Source of the DNA: Mizuhopecten yessoensis
Taxonomy: Eukaryota
DNA: 64,000 nucleotides
Direction of reading: 5' to 3'
NCBI RefSeq assembly: GCF_002113885.1
Contig: NW_018407435.1
Location: 1,382,958 to 1,446,957 of the forward strand
Within the stretch, counting starts at the first letter, position 1, and each line of letters starts with the position of its first letter. Under the pieces are notes generated by a model. That model was not told the origin of the DNA. It was given only the letters and a program-made list of their open reading frames with translations, and did not search any database. Below are positions 25,402 to 39,100 of this stretch, in pieces. A program made the translations under genes and the position numbers.

Positions 25402-25911
25402 TATAGAATATCCTTCCTGTTTATTTACATATAGTTGTTCCTTATAAACGGGTACTGTAGATACTGTAGACGTCCTATAAATAGGTTGCTCCCTCACTTC
25501 ACAGGAACGGTCCCATTTTTACATGAGAATAGATTAAACATCTCGCACACGCTTTTATTCTGAAAACGGGAGCATTATGCTATCATTTTATGTAGCGTTA
25601 CAAGGGTAACGTCGTTAATTTTATTACACATCATACACCCTTGATGATAGCGCAGTGCTCCGTGTTCACCATTACCACTTAATTTCACGGTAGGAAAGTG
25701 TCGAGAGAAAAATCAGTCATCCATGTGTGATGTAGAATTTCAACCCTACGAATAAGATTTTTGAAGTTTGGCACTCCGCAAAGCCACACGATAAACTTCG
25801 GGAAATGTTACCCATGTGTTGAGATTTCTGTCTACAACCCGTAAAACTGATGAGTTCTATTAATCTTAAAGTCACCATTGGACGTGTTAAAAAAATACTA
25901 TAAATGCTGGA

Positions 25912-27483
25912 AACTTTATGGATTAGTGTCGGCGATTAGGAAATGTTTAGAAAATTACGAATTCAGGGACTATATACTTTTAACCGCCCTGTAATACCAG
26001 TAAATATTGCACTATTTTCAAAGACAACTAGGGGTTCGTACGTTTTTTTATGACATGCTAAATAATAAAAGAAATCTCAAAGCTAAAGGTAGAGAAAAAT
26101 GGGGAGAACTCTGACTTTAATGATGATGACTGGGTCAGAATACATGTATACTTGCTGCCTTTCCAAGTTACTGAAAATACCAAACTTCAGTGGTTACAGT
26201 ATAGAATCATCCATCATATTTTAACAACAAACTCATTTCTTTTCAAAGCACATATAGTAGTCAGTCCACTCTGTAACCTTTGTAATATTGAAAGAGAAAC
26301 CATTGAACACTTGCTTCGGGAATGTGAAGAGGTACAGAATTTAGTACAAAACTTAGATAGCCTGTTGGAAGCACTATATATTCCTTTTACAGTTAACAAA
26401 CAAACTCTACTGTTTGGTAAGATTGATAATAATAACAATCCTTGTCCTAAAGTGGATAATGAAATTATTTTAATCATAAAGCAGTACATTTACAAAACAA
26501 GATGTTTACATCAGACACTGAATGTCAATGCCTTGATTTATGCCTTTATGGATCATTTCAGTGTGCAGAAATATATATCATAAGAACTTATAAGGGGGAT
26601 GTGGCCAAAGATAAATTTTGAAACGGATGGAGAAAGTGGGAAATGTTGCTACAGATAATGGGATGAAATGATAAGATGTTGTTTGCGCATTTACATTCAT
26701 TTTTGCAGTATGCTTCTCTCAAGCTCTGATATACCTCCTCCTTAATTGCATTTTTTTGTTTTGTAATTCAAATATTTTCTATTGGAAATTTGATTCGGGG
26801 CATGAAATATATCACTTTGAAGCTGTGTATGTACATGTGAATTGATGCATACAACAACTAAGTGGGTGATTGTAAAATGTTTGTAAATCTGAAATGATGA
26901 TGTTATCATTATGAATTAGTGATGATGATGATGATGATGATAATAATATGTGGATGAAGATACATATGGAATGATGATTGAAGATTATGGATGATGATGA
27001 TGAATGGTGATGATTGTATGATGATGGTGATGATTGTATGATGATGATGATAATTATTTGTTGATGAAGATACATATGGAATAATGATCGAAGATTATGG
27101 ATTATGATGATGAATGTATGATGATGGTGATGATTGTATGATGATGATGATAATGACACTGATGATGACACTGATGATGATGATGATGAGGATGATAATA
27201 CGTTGATGAAGGTACATATGGAATGATGATTGTATGATGATGCATGATGATGATGGCAATGATGATGATTGAATAATTATATATGAAAGATGATGATGAC
27301 GATGATGACGTGGAATGATGATGATGATTTTGATGTTGATGATGATAGTTATATTATGATGACAATGATAATAATTATGATAATGCGAGGTGTGTGTATG
27401 TGTGAGAATGTATTAATATCCTGTTTATGTATATGTATATGTAATGAAAAACTTGGGAAAATAAAACCATTACAAAAAAAAAA
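25912..27483 (+). mobile_element. 5'-truncated, decayed L1/Tx1-clade LINE (ORF2 C-terminus, 3' UTR and poly(A))
   Basis: ORF 26152-26583 encodes KLQWLQYRIIHHILTTN...CNLCNIERETIEHLLREC, the CCHC zinc finger of L1/Tx1 ORF2. Frameshifts lie upstream. AATAAA plus an A-run at 27460-27483. Candidate TSD AAATG(C/A)TGGA at 25902-25911 and 27481-27490. Confidence 0.85.
26894..27385. repeat. Degenerate (GAT)n microsatellite expansion inside the LINE 3' UTR
   Basis: Directly visible GAT/TGA runs with a higher-order repeat (GATGAAGATACATATGGAATGATGAT, about 3 times). Confidence 0.9.
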
Positions 27484-28176
27484 TGATGGATTGCTAGCAA
27501 TCGCCATATTGCTGAGTTTTACAAACATCTTCCTCGATACTCCAGAGGCGCTCTATGAGGAGTGTTAGGCTGGATCGTACAGGATCGTAAGCACAAACAT
27601 GTAATGCCATATATTTATCATCGCGTGGCAATGCTACAGCCTAAACCTTCCATTTGAAGGTGGCAGTCATAGCTGCTATGAATGCCATTGTCGGATTGTT
27701 GACGTCATTATGATATGATTCTCCGTGGGAGATGGTTGTTCTGTTCATCGAACAAGCACGCCCAATACATACAATAATATTGTGTACTTTTATGGACAAA
27801 TTATATTTTCCACGAGAAAGAAATACTCTAAAGGAGGTAAATTATTCTTGAACTGCTTCCAGTTGTCATTCATAACCAATATGAATGCCAACTGTAAATG
27901 ACAAACTCGATATGAAGCGCCAGTCCTGACCATAGTTCTATGCTTCAATGTACTTAAATTCGACAAAAGTGGAGGAACAATTGAAAGTTAAAATAATGTA
28001 TCAAACTAGATATGGCGTTTCCCACTGTTTGTTATCGGAGTTTAACTTCGGGTTTTATGTGTGTGGTGTTAGGAATCTTGAGATATGGTTCGTTATGACC
28101 TTTGAGATAACCAGACGGCTGTTCCCAATGGATTGCATTCGAGATATCCGGCCCTAAGTACACCGGTGTTCTGAAG

Positions 28177-29745
28177 ATGGTATATAAAACGGACATGGGA
28201 CTGAAGAGGCAGTTGTCACGTAGAGTCTCCGTCGTTTCTGGTACCCGCCCCTGCCGGGTGCTAGGTCGTGTTGTGGGCGTGGTCACTGTCTTGGCGATCG
28301 GATTTCTGTGCGGACATTTCATATATCATTCCTTCGTTACTGCTAAACACGTGATCACTGACCCTGAGCAGTATGTCAAACGAGACGGGAGTAAACGAAC
28401 AGTACATATAGATGATACACATATACTTAAATCAACTCATGGAGCACCGAAAGTGGCTCCCTCTAAACAAAAGATGCCACATACGGAGAATGGGTTCCAC
28501 TCGCCGCCGAAGGAAAGAGACGGGGTGGAAATAAAGAAAGACATGAGTGTTCAATTTCGTGACTATGTTCCAAGGAAGGTTTTTGTGAATTGTGGTGGAA
28601 CATTTCCGGTGACTTTAGACTTGTTCCTCAATACCTATCCCGACGCTCACAAGTACGACCTGTACACATTCTTACCAGACGAGTCATACAGCTTGTTTTA
28701 TCAAACATACAAGAGACATACGCTTTATACGCCGTCGATCGTCTCTGAAGAAAACACAACCGTGGAATCCACCAACAACGGGTTCGCGAGCATGGTTGAA
28801 CAGCGAGACATGATTGACACCGTCGACCTTCCAAGCTGGATACTGACTAATCTGCACCAAGACGACTACGTCATACTCAAGCTTGATAGTAAGTTCGAAA
28901 AGGTAATTGTGAAAAATATCGGTTCAAAAAACGCCATCGAGTGGATTGACAAATTTTACACGACTTCTGAAGATAACGAAACCATTGCCGCTTATCGCGA
29001 CGAACTTGGGAAATTCAATAAGCAGATTTCTTTTTGGGATAACTCAGCTCTGACATACTCCGATTTTGACACCGTTAACCCGCCCAGCATCCCCAAGGGA
29101 CTAGGCACCGTGTTGTCACAGTGTGTAGACCCCACAGAGTCGGAAAAGTTCGGTTTGTTTCTTTTCTCTGAACAATTCACAAAGCATGTCAATCAAACTG
29201 TGAACTTGTTGATCACGTATGCTGGTGAACGGAAGGTAGGCGTGTCGGTATTCCTCCCACGTGATTTCTTTCGTTCAATCCCGAGTCGGTCGCTGCGAGA
29301 ATTATCCGAGATAGTTACTCTCGGTCTCTTCATTGGTAAGGAAAATCAAACGGGTGATGGAACTAACACAACTGAGGAAGATAATGAATTTAATACATAT
29401 AGAAATATATATGTTGAAGCTGCCAGCCAAGTACATCATCATACAGAATCTACTCTCCAATACGTCATGGTCTCCTCGACCACAGGAGCTGATGTGTGCC
29501 GCAGACTTAGCCAATCTCGACAGGTGATAGTTTTCAATGAAACCAAGCACATCACACACCATTCACAAACCGTCTTACAGAGTAGCACTCTCACCATGGA
29601 TATGATTGGGCGAAATCCTGGAGAAATTCTTGCCGTTGATTTGATGAAGGACAATGCTGCTATTATTACACTGTACATGACGAAACGATTTGAACCGTGG
29701 TTGGTACCTGCTTCAAAATGTCAACCCCTTGTCAATAGGAAGTGA
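28177..29745 (+). CDS. Single-coding-exon 522-aa type II membrane protein; FkbM (Methyltransf_21)-like domain followed by a divergent polysaccharide-deacetylase (NodB)-like domain
   Basis: Long ORF with a basic N-tail, one TM segment (VVGVVTVLAIGFLCGHFIY) and a stem region. RKVFVNCGG and WILTNLHQDDYVILKLD recall FkbM-type motifs. The C-terminal half pattern (KFGLFLF...QTVNLLITY...VGVSVFL...PGEILAVD) recalls the NodB barrel. The ORF is secure; the domain names are recognition by eye. Confidence 0.75.
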   Translation: MVYKTDMGLKRQLSRRVSVVSGTRPCRVLGRVVGVVTVLAIGFLCGHFIYHSFVTAKHVITDPEQYVKRDGSKRTVHIDDTHILKSTHGAPKVAPSKQKMPHTENGFHSPPKERDGVEIKKDMSVQFRDYVPRKVFVNCGGTFPVTLDLFLNTYPDAHKYDLYTFLPDESYSLFYQTYKRHTLYTPSIVSEENTTVESTNNGFASMVEQRDMIDTVDLPSWILTNLHQDDYVILKLDSKFEKVIVKNIGSKNAIEWIDKFYTTSEDNETIAAYRDELGKFNKQISFWDNSALTYSDFDTVNPPSIPKGLGTVLSQCVDPTESEKFGLFLFSEQFTKHVNQTVNLLITYAGERKVGVSVFLPRDFFRSIPSRSLRELSEIVTLGLFIGKENQTGDGTNTTEEDNEFNTYRNIYVEAASQVHHHTESTLQYVMVSSTTGADVCRRLSQSRQVIVFNETKHITHHSQTVLQSSTLTMDMIGRNPGEILAVDLMKDNAAIITLYMTKRFEPWLVPASKCQPLVNRK

Positions 29746-31376
29746 ATCTTCCCCAGGTTGAGTTTAAAATGGTCTGGGGTGGATGTTGCGATATCTGTGC
29801 TGTAGCATTCAAGTGAGGTGGCACTATAAATGATACCGTTGGAAGTACAGTCCCACTACAAACAGAACACAATACAACTCCAACACACACGCAGGCATAC
29901 ACACATAGGGAGATATTACCAGGTGGCATAGGACTAGTAGTTAGCGCCTGATAAGGCAGCTCCTACGAATTCCTCAATATTGTATTGATTAATGTATATC
30001 TATGCGTATTGTATTGATTGTATAAAATTGTATATCTATGTACTGTAAAGCGCTTTAGAGTGACTTATGTTAGCTAGGTAGGGCGCTATATCAAATGTTG
30101 TATATTTATTTTAATTTATATAGCTAAACAATTTATTGTATTTAGGTAGATTCATTTCTTTTCCTGTTTCTTTGAATAAGTCTGTAAGATTTCACCACAC
30201 GATTTGAAATACTCTATTGGTAATTTACGGAAAATCATATATTAAATGAATAAAGTTTTACCATGCTTATTAGAATGACGGGTGATGTAATTTTCACTAA
30301 CGCGGTCCTCTTGCTGAGAACGTAACTTTTCTAGAATTTGACCTAGATGTGCAAAGCGGATGTTATCGATGAAGCAGACGAAACGAACCCTTCAAGAACA
30401 CCCAGGTCTTATTCGCTCGTGTATTTTATCAAGGGTCTCGTGTTAATCTGTACTTTGTCCATATCCTCCCCCTACTTTTATCGATTTCGAGCTATAATCA
30501 TGGTTTCGCAGGCACTTTAGTATCCCCTAATTTTACAGGAAAATAACTTTGTCCATTCCGTCACATACTCTTTCTCTATTTAACATTTTCTTTTCAGGAA
30601 CTAACGTTTTCACGAAGGTAGTAATATATATATGAAACTTTCCATAGATATGATCCATCATTAAAAACTCATCTCAATATATCACTACAAACTTAAGATA
30701 AACATCAAAATCGGAAGCCAAAGGTCAAGCATTTGTTCTGTTTTCTTCCCTTCCGTTGATTTTTTCCGTATTATTCTTTTAGATGGTTTATGTTAATTTG
30801 ACTGAGTGTTATTAAAGTAATGTACCAGATAATTTGAGTCTCGTCCTTTTTATTCCTACTTCAAAAGATTTAGTTCAGTTGCATCCAATAATCTCCTATG
30901 ATTTTAGTTTCGCCCACTTGAAGATTAGTGATCCCGTAAAATGCGGGATCCATTCTCTAAGTTTGAATTGAAAGATTGGTCCAATTTGTTTTTTTCAATG
31001 TCGGATTCAAGACATGGTTTATTTCTATATGATGTGTGGCCTTTCTACCTTCACATTTACCTACAAAGCAGTTGAGAGTTTTACAGGGAGTATGTTTATT
31101 ACGTTCTGTAATTTTATTGTTAGTTTCATTCGTATAATTGTTTCAAATTGCACTGAAAAACCCTTTCTCAATTGTACGGAGACATTTCGACGACACGTTT
31201 TATCAAAATATTTTTATTTTCTCAGGGAAAAGTTAATCCAGATTTCAAAACGCTTTATCTATTTATCTATATGTTATACTCCACAGAGACAAAAATGGCT
31301 CTAATGCTTTATAAAACGCTATAGCCCGAAATGTTAATTTACAAAATTATTAAATGAATGAGAAAATAATACTTAC

Positions 31377-31765
31377 TTTAATCACATACCTGTTGAATCT
31401 TGTTATAGTAATACAAGCAATTTTCAGACCATGAAATACAACGTTCTGTATTGCACATGTGCAATACGGAATGTTGTATTTACCTACTAGCCGGAACTAC
31501 TTTTTATGGGAATCCCCTTGTCATGGCGAACTGAAGTTCCCGGTATTTGCAAAAAATATCAAAGTTTATAAAATCTTTGTATCGATCTCAACCAAATAAG
31601 GAAGGTATGTGATAAAAGCAAGACACCACACTTGTGTTTTTCTAATGAATCAGAAAGCACGAATTTATTGCGCGGACGCATATATTCACTCGTGTGCTCC
31701 ACTCACTCTTGAATATATATTCGTCCGCGCAATAAACTCGTGCTTTTTGATTCGTTAGAAAAAAC
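31377..31765 (+). mobile_element. Non-autonomous element with an IR-flanked core and an external long hairpin (Crypton-like architecture), copy A
   Basis: ATCACATACCT (31381) and AGGTATGTGATAAA (31603-31616) form an inverted pair, followed by an imperfect palindrome at 31618-31765. A highly similar inverted copy lies at 54008-54404. Confidence 0.75.
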
Positions 31766-34700
31766 GGCCATTTCGTTTCATTGGTACCATAAGTCAAAAG
31801 AATAAAAATATCAGTCTAAAGTATTCAGAAACATGTAGAAATGAGCCCCTTATAACACTACATATTAAGAAATATTAAAAAAAATATTTCCTCATCATGG
31901 TATAACAACTCAGTAGAGCTTTACCTTGTTACGTGACATCATTATAGAAAATATCTGTGTACAAATAAAAGACGGAGAAAACATATGCAAGACCACACAC
32001 TTGTGTTTTTCTCCATCGAGAAAATAAGGTTTTACCTACGTGCTTCCTCTATGCGTATTCCTTACTTCGTATCTCTAGTTATACTTTTATTTGGATGTCT
32101 GCTCCTTGCATCAACAGTTCCACCGAACACTGATTATATTGGTCTTAATTCCAGTAGATTAGTTTAGTTCATCACCCATTACCTCCACAATCTTTTTGTT
32201 AAAAAGTAGTGTGGATGGGAAATCAGAAAACACCCTGATATTTTAAGGAATATCGGAAGTGTGTAAAGTGATACCAATTCTGTATGGATGTGAGGCACAT
32301 CATCCTAACCTGATACCTTACAGTTATCACACACAATCGGAATGAGACAAAAGTTACCCATTGTGCCAAATAATAACTGTGATCTTGGTCAAAAGATATT
32401 GAGTGTCTCAGAGGTAATAAAAATACCAAAAACACACCTTCAGTACATTTTGTATTAAGACAACAAAAGTTTACATTATTCAATATCTTGTACAAGAACG
32501 AATGCATCACAATTTTCAATTTGCAGAGAAAAAATCTTGTGAGGCGTTTATTCTTGTTCAATGCAATCAAATAGTATTTGTTGGAATTGGTTTTTTTTTA
32601 AATCTGAAAGTAAACTGTCATGAGGGATTTTCCTTCGCTTGTCGTAAATAAATGATTTTCTGTATTCACATGTTAGGCAAGCCATTTTACCAGATTTAAA
32701 ATTAATGAAAATGATCTTTCTCATGTAAAATATATCTGAAGTATATCGGAGAATAAAATCTCACCTCAGCCATTGATCTATACAGATTAATGTAACACAC
32801 ACACAGGGGTAATTGCGCCTTCAAAATGTGATAATAGATACAGTATGCCAAAAACGGTGTTAGTTCAAATAGATCTTACATACTGTTGACGGGGAGGAGC
32901 ATAAAACCCTCGATTATGAAATTATAAATTTAAAGAAGTACTTCTAAATTTCAAATAAAAAAAAATGATTTTTTTCTTTTCTATTTTGTGCCGAATTTGA
33001 GATGTTTTTCACTTAAGTTTAAAAGGTGTGTGTTTAATACATCGTTTGTTTCTAAGCATATTTTACGGCATTTATACGCCATTTTGTTAGGGTTCCATGT
33101 CACTCTATTTAAGTGTTTTACAAGAAAGTCTCCTTCTAACCGTAGGTGATAATACAGAACAAGTACTGACCCCACTTTTCCTTTCTGTTTACAATATAAA
33201 TGCAGTCTGGGCGGTAATATATACCCATAGAGACCATCCAGGTGTCAATAACATTCTGTCGTTAAGCTGTATGTGGGGAATTCTATGGCAAGCCAACTTA
33301 ACATTTATCCAAGGAGCAATGTCAGGTCTGTATTTCGACATTGCTCCTTGAATAAATGTAAGGTAGGCTTTCAGTAGAAATCAATAAGATAATTCAAAGC
33401 CTAGTAATTTATATCTTACATCATAATGTTATATATTTCTGTTAATATCTATTTTCAAATTGTGTTAATTAAACCAGAAATAATGGATAAACCATGAGCA
33501 ACGTGCACGCACAACCTTCACGATTTGATGGGTAATAACACCTTAATTATGACCACCGTCTTAACTTAGCGTATCTACTGTTATTCTTAACAGCAATAAC
33601 TCCAGTACACCGGGTGTCCTACATTACAAAACACTATATACATCGTTGTAGGTCATTATTAGGTCTGGTGGTCTTTTTGCTGTAATCGAACATGGAATAG
33701 AATGCATAACATCGCTTAAATGTAATTTAAAATATGCTGTTTCGTAACAAATAACCAGCCCCCTACATGATGGCATTGTCAAAAGAAATTGTAACCCCTG
33801 ATAAGTCATATTTAAAGACCCGATTAAACATCGAAATTTCGTTATGTAATTTATACTTGCAGTTAAGCTATTAAAATGGTAGAAAGCGACGTTAATGAAG
33901 TCAGTAATAAGACATTAAGTTTGGTGAACTATCTTTATAAAGACATCGACATAATGCCTGCTTTCAGGCGAAGTTAACGTCGTTGAGTACTATTTTAATA
34001 ACTAATGTACAAGTTCAACACTTGTATATCAAAATTACACGAACTCTGATCTTTAATGAGAGTCTTTAAATAATACTTATCCGAGGATTGAACTTTCTAG
34101 TGACTATACTATTAAGGGGGGTTTGTTGAGCCTTAACAAAGTGACACAAACAGGCGCATCAATTCTGTACTTATAATTGTTTATCTGTGATTACTTTGAC
34201 CAAACAAATCCATCAACTGAAAATGAGGTGTTTTCTATCAAACGTCATTTTTTGTCAATAACTAAGACAACAATTACCACAATGCAAACAGAAAAAGGCA
34301 TTGAATGTAAACAACGTTATATCAGATCAAATATTATAATTTATATACTTTCGTAGATATTAATACATTTAGTAAAAACAAGAGGTGATATTTAGATGAC
34401 TTATAACATTAAAGTAATACTGACGCAATACGTTAATTTGTTATAATTATAGCTCTGATCAGATGTTTTTTCAAGACATAAAAAAATCTGGTAAAACGAG
34501 TTTGAATTTCTCCCATAAAAACTATGCTTTAGGAGCTTTTGTTTTAAACACATGGTTTCAATCTTTATAACTAATTGCCTATTTATTGACCTATTTCGTT
34601 ACACACATTAGTGAGTCATATAATTTTAATTATTAAATGTTTCAAATTACCATTTTTAATAAAAAAAATATTTTTTATCACAAACAGACAGCCACATTAC

Positions 34701-36107
34701 CTTAACATGGGCCGTAAATAATCATTCCCGAAACTGATTAATTAAACGTCCATTTTCGCAATAACTGTATTTCACTGAATTGCCATAATTAGGATTTCTA
34801 TATTTTATCGTTATTTTTTTAATTTATCATATGTATGAAACCCAGTATGTATCATACATCTTGGATCTATTCAATATTAAATATATATATATATATATAT
34901 ATATTAATGAATGGGCAAAGAAATATGTTATTTTATGTGCATGTAATTGCGTGTTTGCTATTTGTTTATTTGTTAAGTTACATGACAGGTACGTACGCCC
35001 TATGGCCGTTGTACAATAGCTACATAGTGTATGTAGTATCGTCCAAAACAGGTGTAGGAGAATATTTTGTCTCACCTTTTGACAGGTGAAAAGGTCGTAT
35101 GGTCTACTAGTCTGTGGTGTGGTAATTGATTAAACAAGTACGTGCATTGTTTTCCTGACGTGTCTTATGACATAAAGAGTGACGATAACATCTAGTGGCC
35201 CGAAGCTAGCGTTAAGATCAGTCTATCGTCAGGAAGAACTCGGATCGCGATGTGCAGTTTTGGGACGTAAAAACGGTTAATAAATGCATAGTAAGAGGAT
35301 CATATAACGCCGTTAGATGAGAAAAGTACGGAATATTTTTTCCATGACTTTTTTTCCCGGAAACAAAATACATGATTAAAGTGATGATTGTGATGTTATA
35401 CATTCGTTTAGTAAACATGGAATATTTTTTAACCATTTGGTGGTGATGTGTGATATATATTGTTGATTATATACCGTCTAATGTTGTTCTACGTTATTCA
35501 ACGCGAATTCTAAGGACGACAGTGCCCGGATAGGTACATATGGAAGATGAGTAGATTGTTACAGGTACGTCATAATTAATATGGTCAATTTTATTTGACT
35601 GTTTTATAATATTATATTGCATTTGATTTATTTTACAATATTAACAAAAGAATTAGACAATGTATTTCACATTTTAATAGCTTCATTTTTCAAAATATAA
35701 CCATTTTTAATTATTTTTATATATATATTTGTCACCATGGTAAACTTAACGTATATTAATTGGGTAAGATAACCTTACTAGCGAAATAACGGTAGTTTAC
35801 CTTCAAACAAATACACTGGAGAAAGGAAATGCACAACACAGTCATAACTTTATATAAACATTATGTAATATTACCATTTAAAGCAAATGTATAAAATAAG
35901 GAAAGAAAACGCTGGTATTTACAAAAGTCTTGGATCAGTCTTGAAAAGTTTCCATTATTAATGGGTTTTTTGTTGGTATATTATTCTCGCACTAGAACTA
36001 CCACTTATATCGGTTGGACAACCAATTACCATTTTTAACCCATTTTAGATGGAAATATTTATGATTTTAAATTTATTTTATTTTCAGGTCTAGAATTATC
36101 ATATTTA

Positions 36108-39100
36108 ATGGATTACCGTCTGTTGATCCTAGCCTCTTTCCTGTTAGCTGTCGATGTCAAAGGTCACACATTATTTATGCTATCCAGCGACCCGGGACAG
36201 ATACGTCAAAAGGTCCAAACGATATACCACACACACAAGCAGGAAATGACAAGACTGCCAGTGAAATCTCTAAGTAAATACATCGACAAACGCCAGATCC
36301 ACCATTAACGCATATTCAATATATCTTTGTTATCATCATGACTTTGTCATAATCAGTCGTCTAGTGCACTGTTCGGAACCAATCGTGTCCTAACTTGAAC
36401 AAAATGATGGACTGCAATTTTACAATGATTAAACATGATATCAAGCGTTCAGCCTTAACCCATAAAGCAGAATTGATTTCAAGTGAAATATATAGAAATA
36501 TAATACCATTTTGTGAAACGGAAATGTAGAATGTATCGTACATTATATTTTTAAGTAGTGTAGGCCCCAAACAACCAACGTCCGATGAGTTACTACTCTT
36601 CTTTTACTCTGCCCTTTTGTGTTCACTTATTTTTTACTTTCATATCGTTAAATTTGAAACTAATTAATCCAGAAGACATTTAGTTAAATACAATTTTTGA
36701 ACCTATAACATCGTGTCTTATGCGAAAATTTTAACATTATTGGCTGTATTAACTGTTTGTAGCCACGCGGCCGTCAGCCATCCGTCCAAATTTCCACGAG
36801 CAGTTCGTGCTACCGAGCCGAGAGATGATGGTGAGGAAGCAAACCCGTCTAGCTGGTCTGTCGCTAGGGACCATCAAACAGATATGTACCAGGTACCCTG
36901 ACCTAGTCACACTCAGAATATAGAAATATTGTCAATTCAGTTTTAAGCATCGTAGAAAAATGAACACCAATAATATCAAATGTGTCGTAATTTCGAATAA
37001 GTACAAAATATGTATTGCAACAGTTTGTTGTCAAAAAGGTGGGGTCAATTCCTATGCTTAAGTTCTCATATGGTCGGCATTGTCTCAATTCGGCAAAATC
37101 AGACCCTAGGGAGCTGAGACCATCATATTCAATACTGTCTGCAGTCTGGCAACGTTATTGCAAAATATGGAGAACAAAATAGTTCCGTTGGCCAAAATTG
37201 GACCCCACCTTTCTGTTGATTCCAAATATACAATGAAATAATTTCAGTAATGGTAATTCGTTTTTTTTTACTTTCTGTTAAGTACCGGAAGTACTGTTTA
37301 TGAGTTGCTAGAAAAGCCTGGATGGCAGGAAGCCCTCAGGACTGAGTTTGGCCACGACTGTCAGGACCTGAGTGCTAACCTTACGTGTAATGCACTCAGT
37401 CGGTACCGAACCATAGATGGCTCATGTAACAATCCGTTCCAGCCCACGTGGGGTATGGCGGGAACTCAACAAACACGCTACCTCCGTCCAGTCTACAATG
37501 ACGGTAAGAACTACTATACTGATTTATTTAATGTATGTTAATGCAAAAGAAAGGAAAAATACAAGAAAAATCCACGCTTATCAAGACCTATTTCATCCTG
37601 TCTTTTTTCCTTCATTACATTCGATCAACAATATAGCTCAAACATGATTTATTGATTGTTAAATGTAACAAAACGGTATACTTACTACTAACATATCAGT
37701 TTATTGTACATGCAGATTGGACAATTGAATCTGCCAATAAAGAAATGCATCGCGCAGGTATTTAGTGATATAAGCGACAGTAAAATACCCCCTGATATCT
37801 CCTTGTGTTACAGGTATAAATTCCCCACGTCTTGTGGGAAGGGACGGGATACCCCTCCCCAGTGCCCGGATGATCAGTAACATCGTCCATAGCTCCAAAG
37901 GGTTCGTTCGCCAGGACTGTCATCTCTCAGCTATGGTCATGCAATGGGGACAATTCCTTGACCACGACATCGTCGGTACGCCTGTGCTCAAAAGTAAGTA
38001 TAAACATGTCTGCAACGGAAATCACATAAACGTAGGTCTACTAAGAACCGAGTTATATCATTTTTTATAAAACCCTCAACATACTGCTTCTTCAATGATC
38101 TACTTATTAACGTACAGGAAATTATCTCTAGCTTAATCTGAGAAAGGGCAATGGGAACTGTCAATGCTTGGATACAATATACAATTACACGGGAACTTTT
38201 ATATGATGCACCTCGTTATAGTTACCACCTCGATACGCCTTATATTTCTTCTTTTACACTTCCTGTATATGTTTCGATGTTATGCAAACATTTTGATGGA
38301 CAGATGACCACATCAAGACGAGTCGTACTTTTGTACTGATAAATCGAGCTGCCTGATTAACAATTAGTCATAGACCAAGCATTTCAACTATTTTTCTTAT
38401 GTATGAGGGTTCCTTATTTTTGACTTCTCTGTGTTTTACTTGTAGAAGATAATGGTTCATCATACGAGTGTTGCGAGGCTGATTCTTCCTTGTGAGTGCA
38501 CTTTTCTACTAAACGAAAACGTCGAACGGCAGTTGGGGCATTGACCCTATAAATTATTTTATGGTTTTCGAAAAGAAGTTAAACAGTTTTTGAATTGGAA
38601 TAATTTTATTTGTAAGCCCGTATTCTAATCTTAAAATAGCATGTTGAAATCTTATTTTCAGTGAAGGTTGTTTTCCTGTCGATATCCCCCCTAACGACGA
38701 CCATTTTGAAGGGAAATGTATGAACATGGTAAGGTCCGCACCAGCAGTGGGACCTGACTGTGCTATAGGTTAGTACATGGCGTGTATATGAGCAAAGGAC
38801 CTGACTAAGTGTACGACATTTACGAAGATGACAAGGACTAAATCCATTAGTGGGACTGGAATGCACTTTAATAAGAATAGGTCGTTTGAGAACCTGATAA
38901 TGTTAGCAGTAGTACACACCCAATCACACGTTGAACTGCTTGTATTGTGTGGGTTCATTTTAATATCTCAGATTAATATAATTAAACTACGGAAGTTGTT
39001 ATTAAAGTCTTATGGTTGATAGTTATACGCACATAACAAATAATTTGATTTTAAATTAACCAGTAGGCTACACCTCAAATTTTTCCAATTTATAAATAAA

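Noticed and set aside
25700-25865. Additional decayed hairpin-type MITE (similar traces near 57600-57750, 16890-17460 and 18855-19242)
   Set aside because: Too degenerate to define ends or family by eye.
26812-27568. Asp-rich or His/Ser-rich ORFs as shell-matrix proteins
   Set aside because: They are translations of the (GAT)n microsatellite in a LINE 3' UTR, with frequent stops and no signal peptide.
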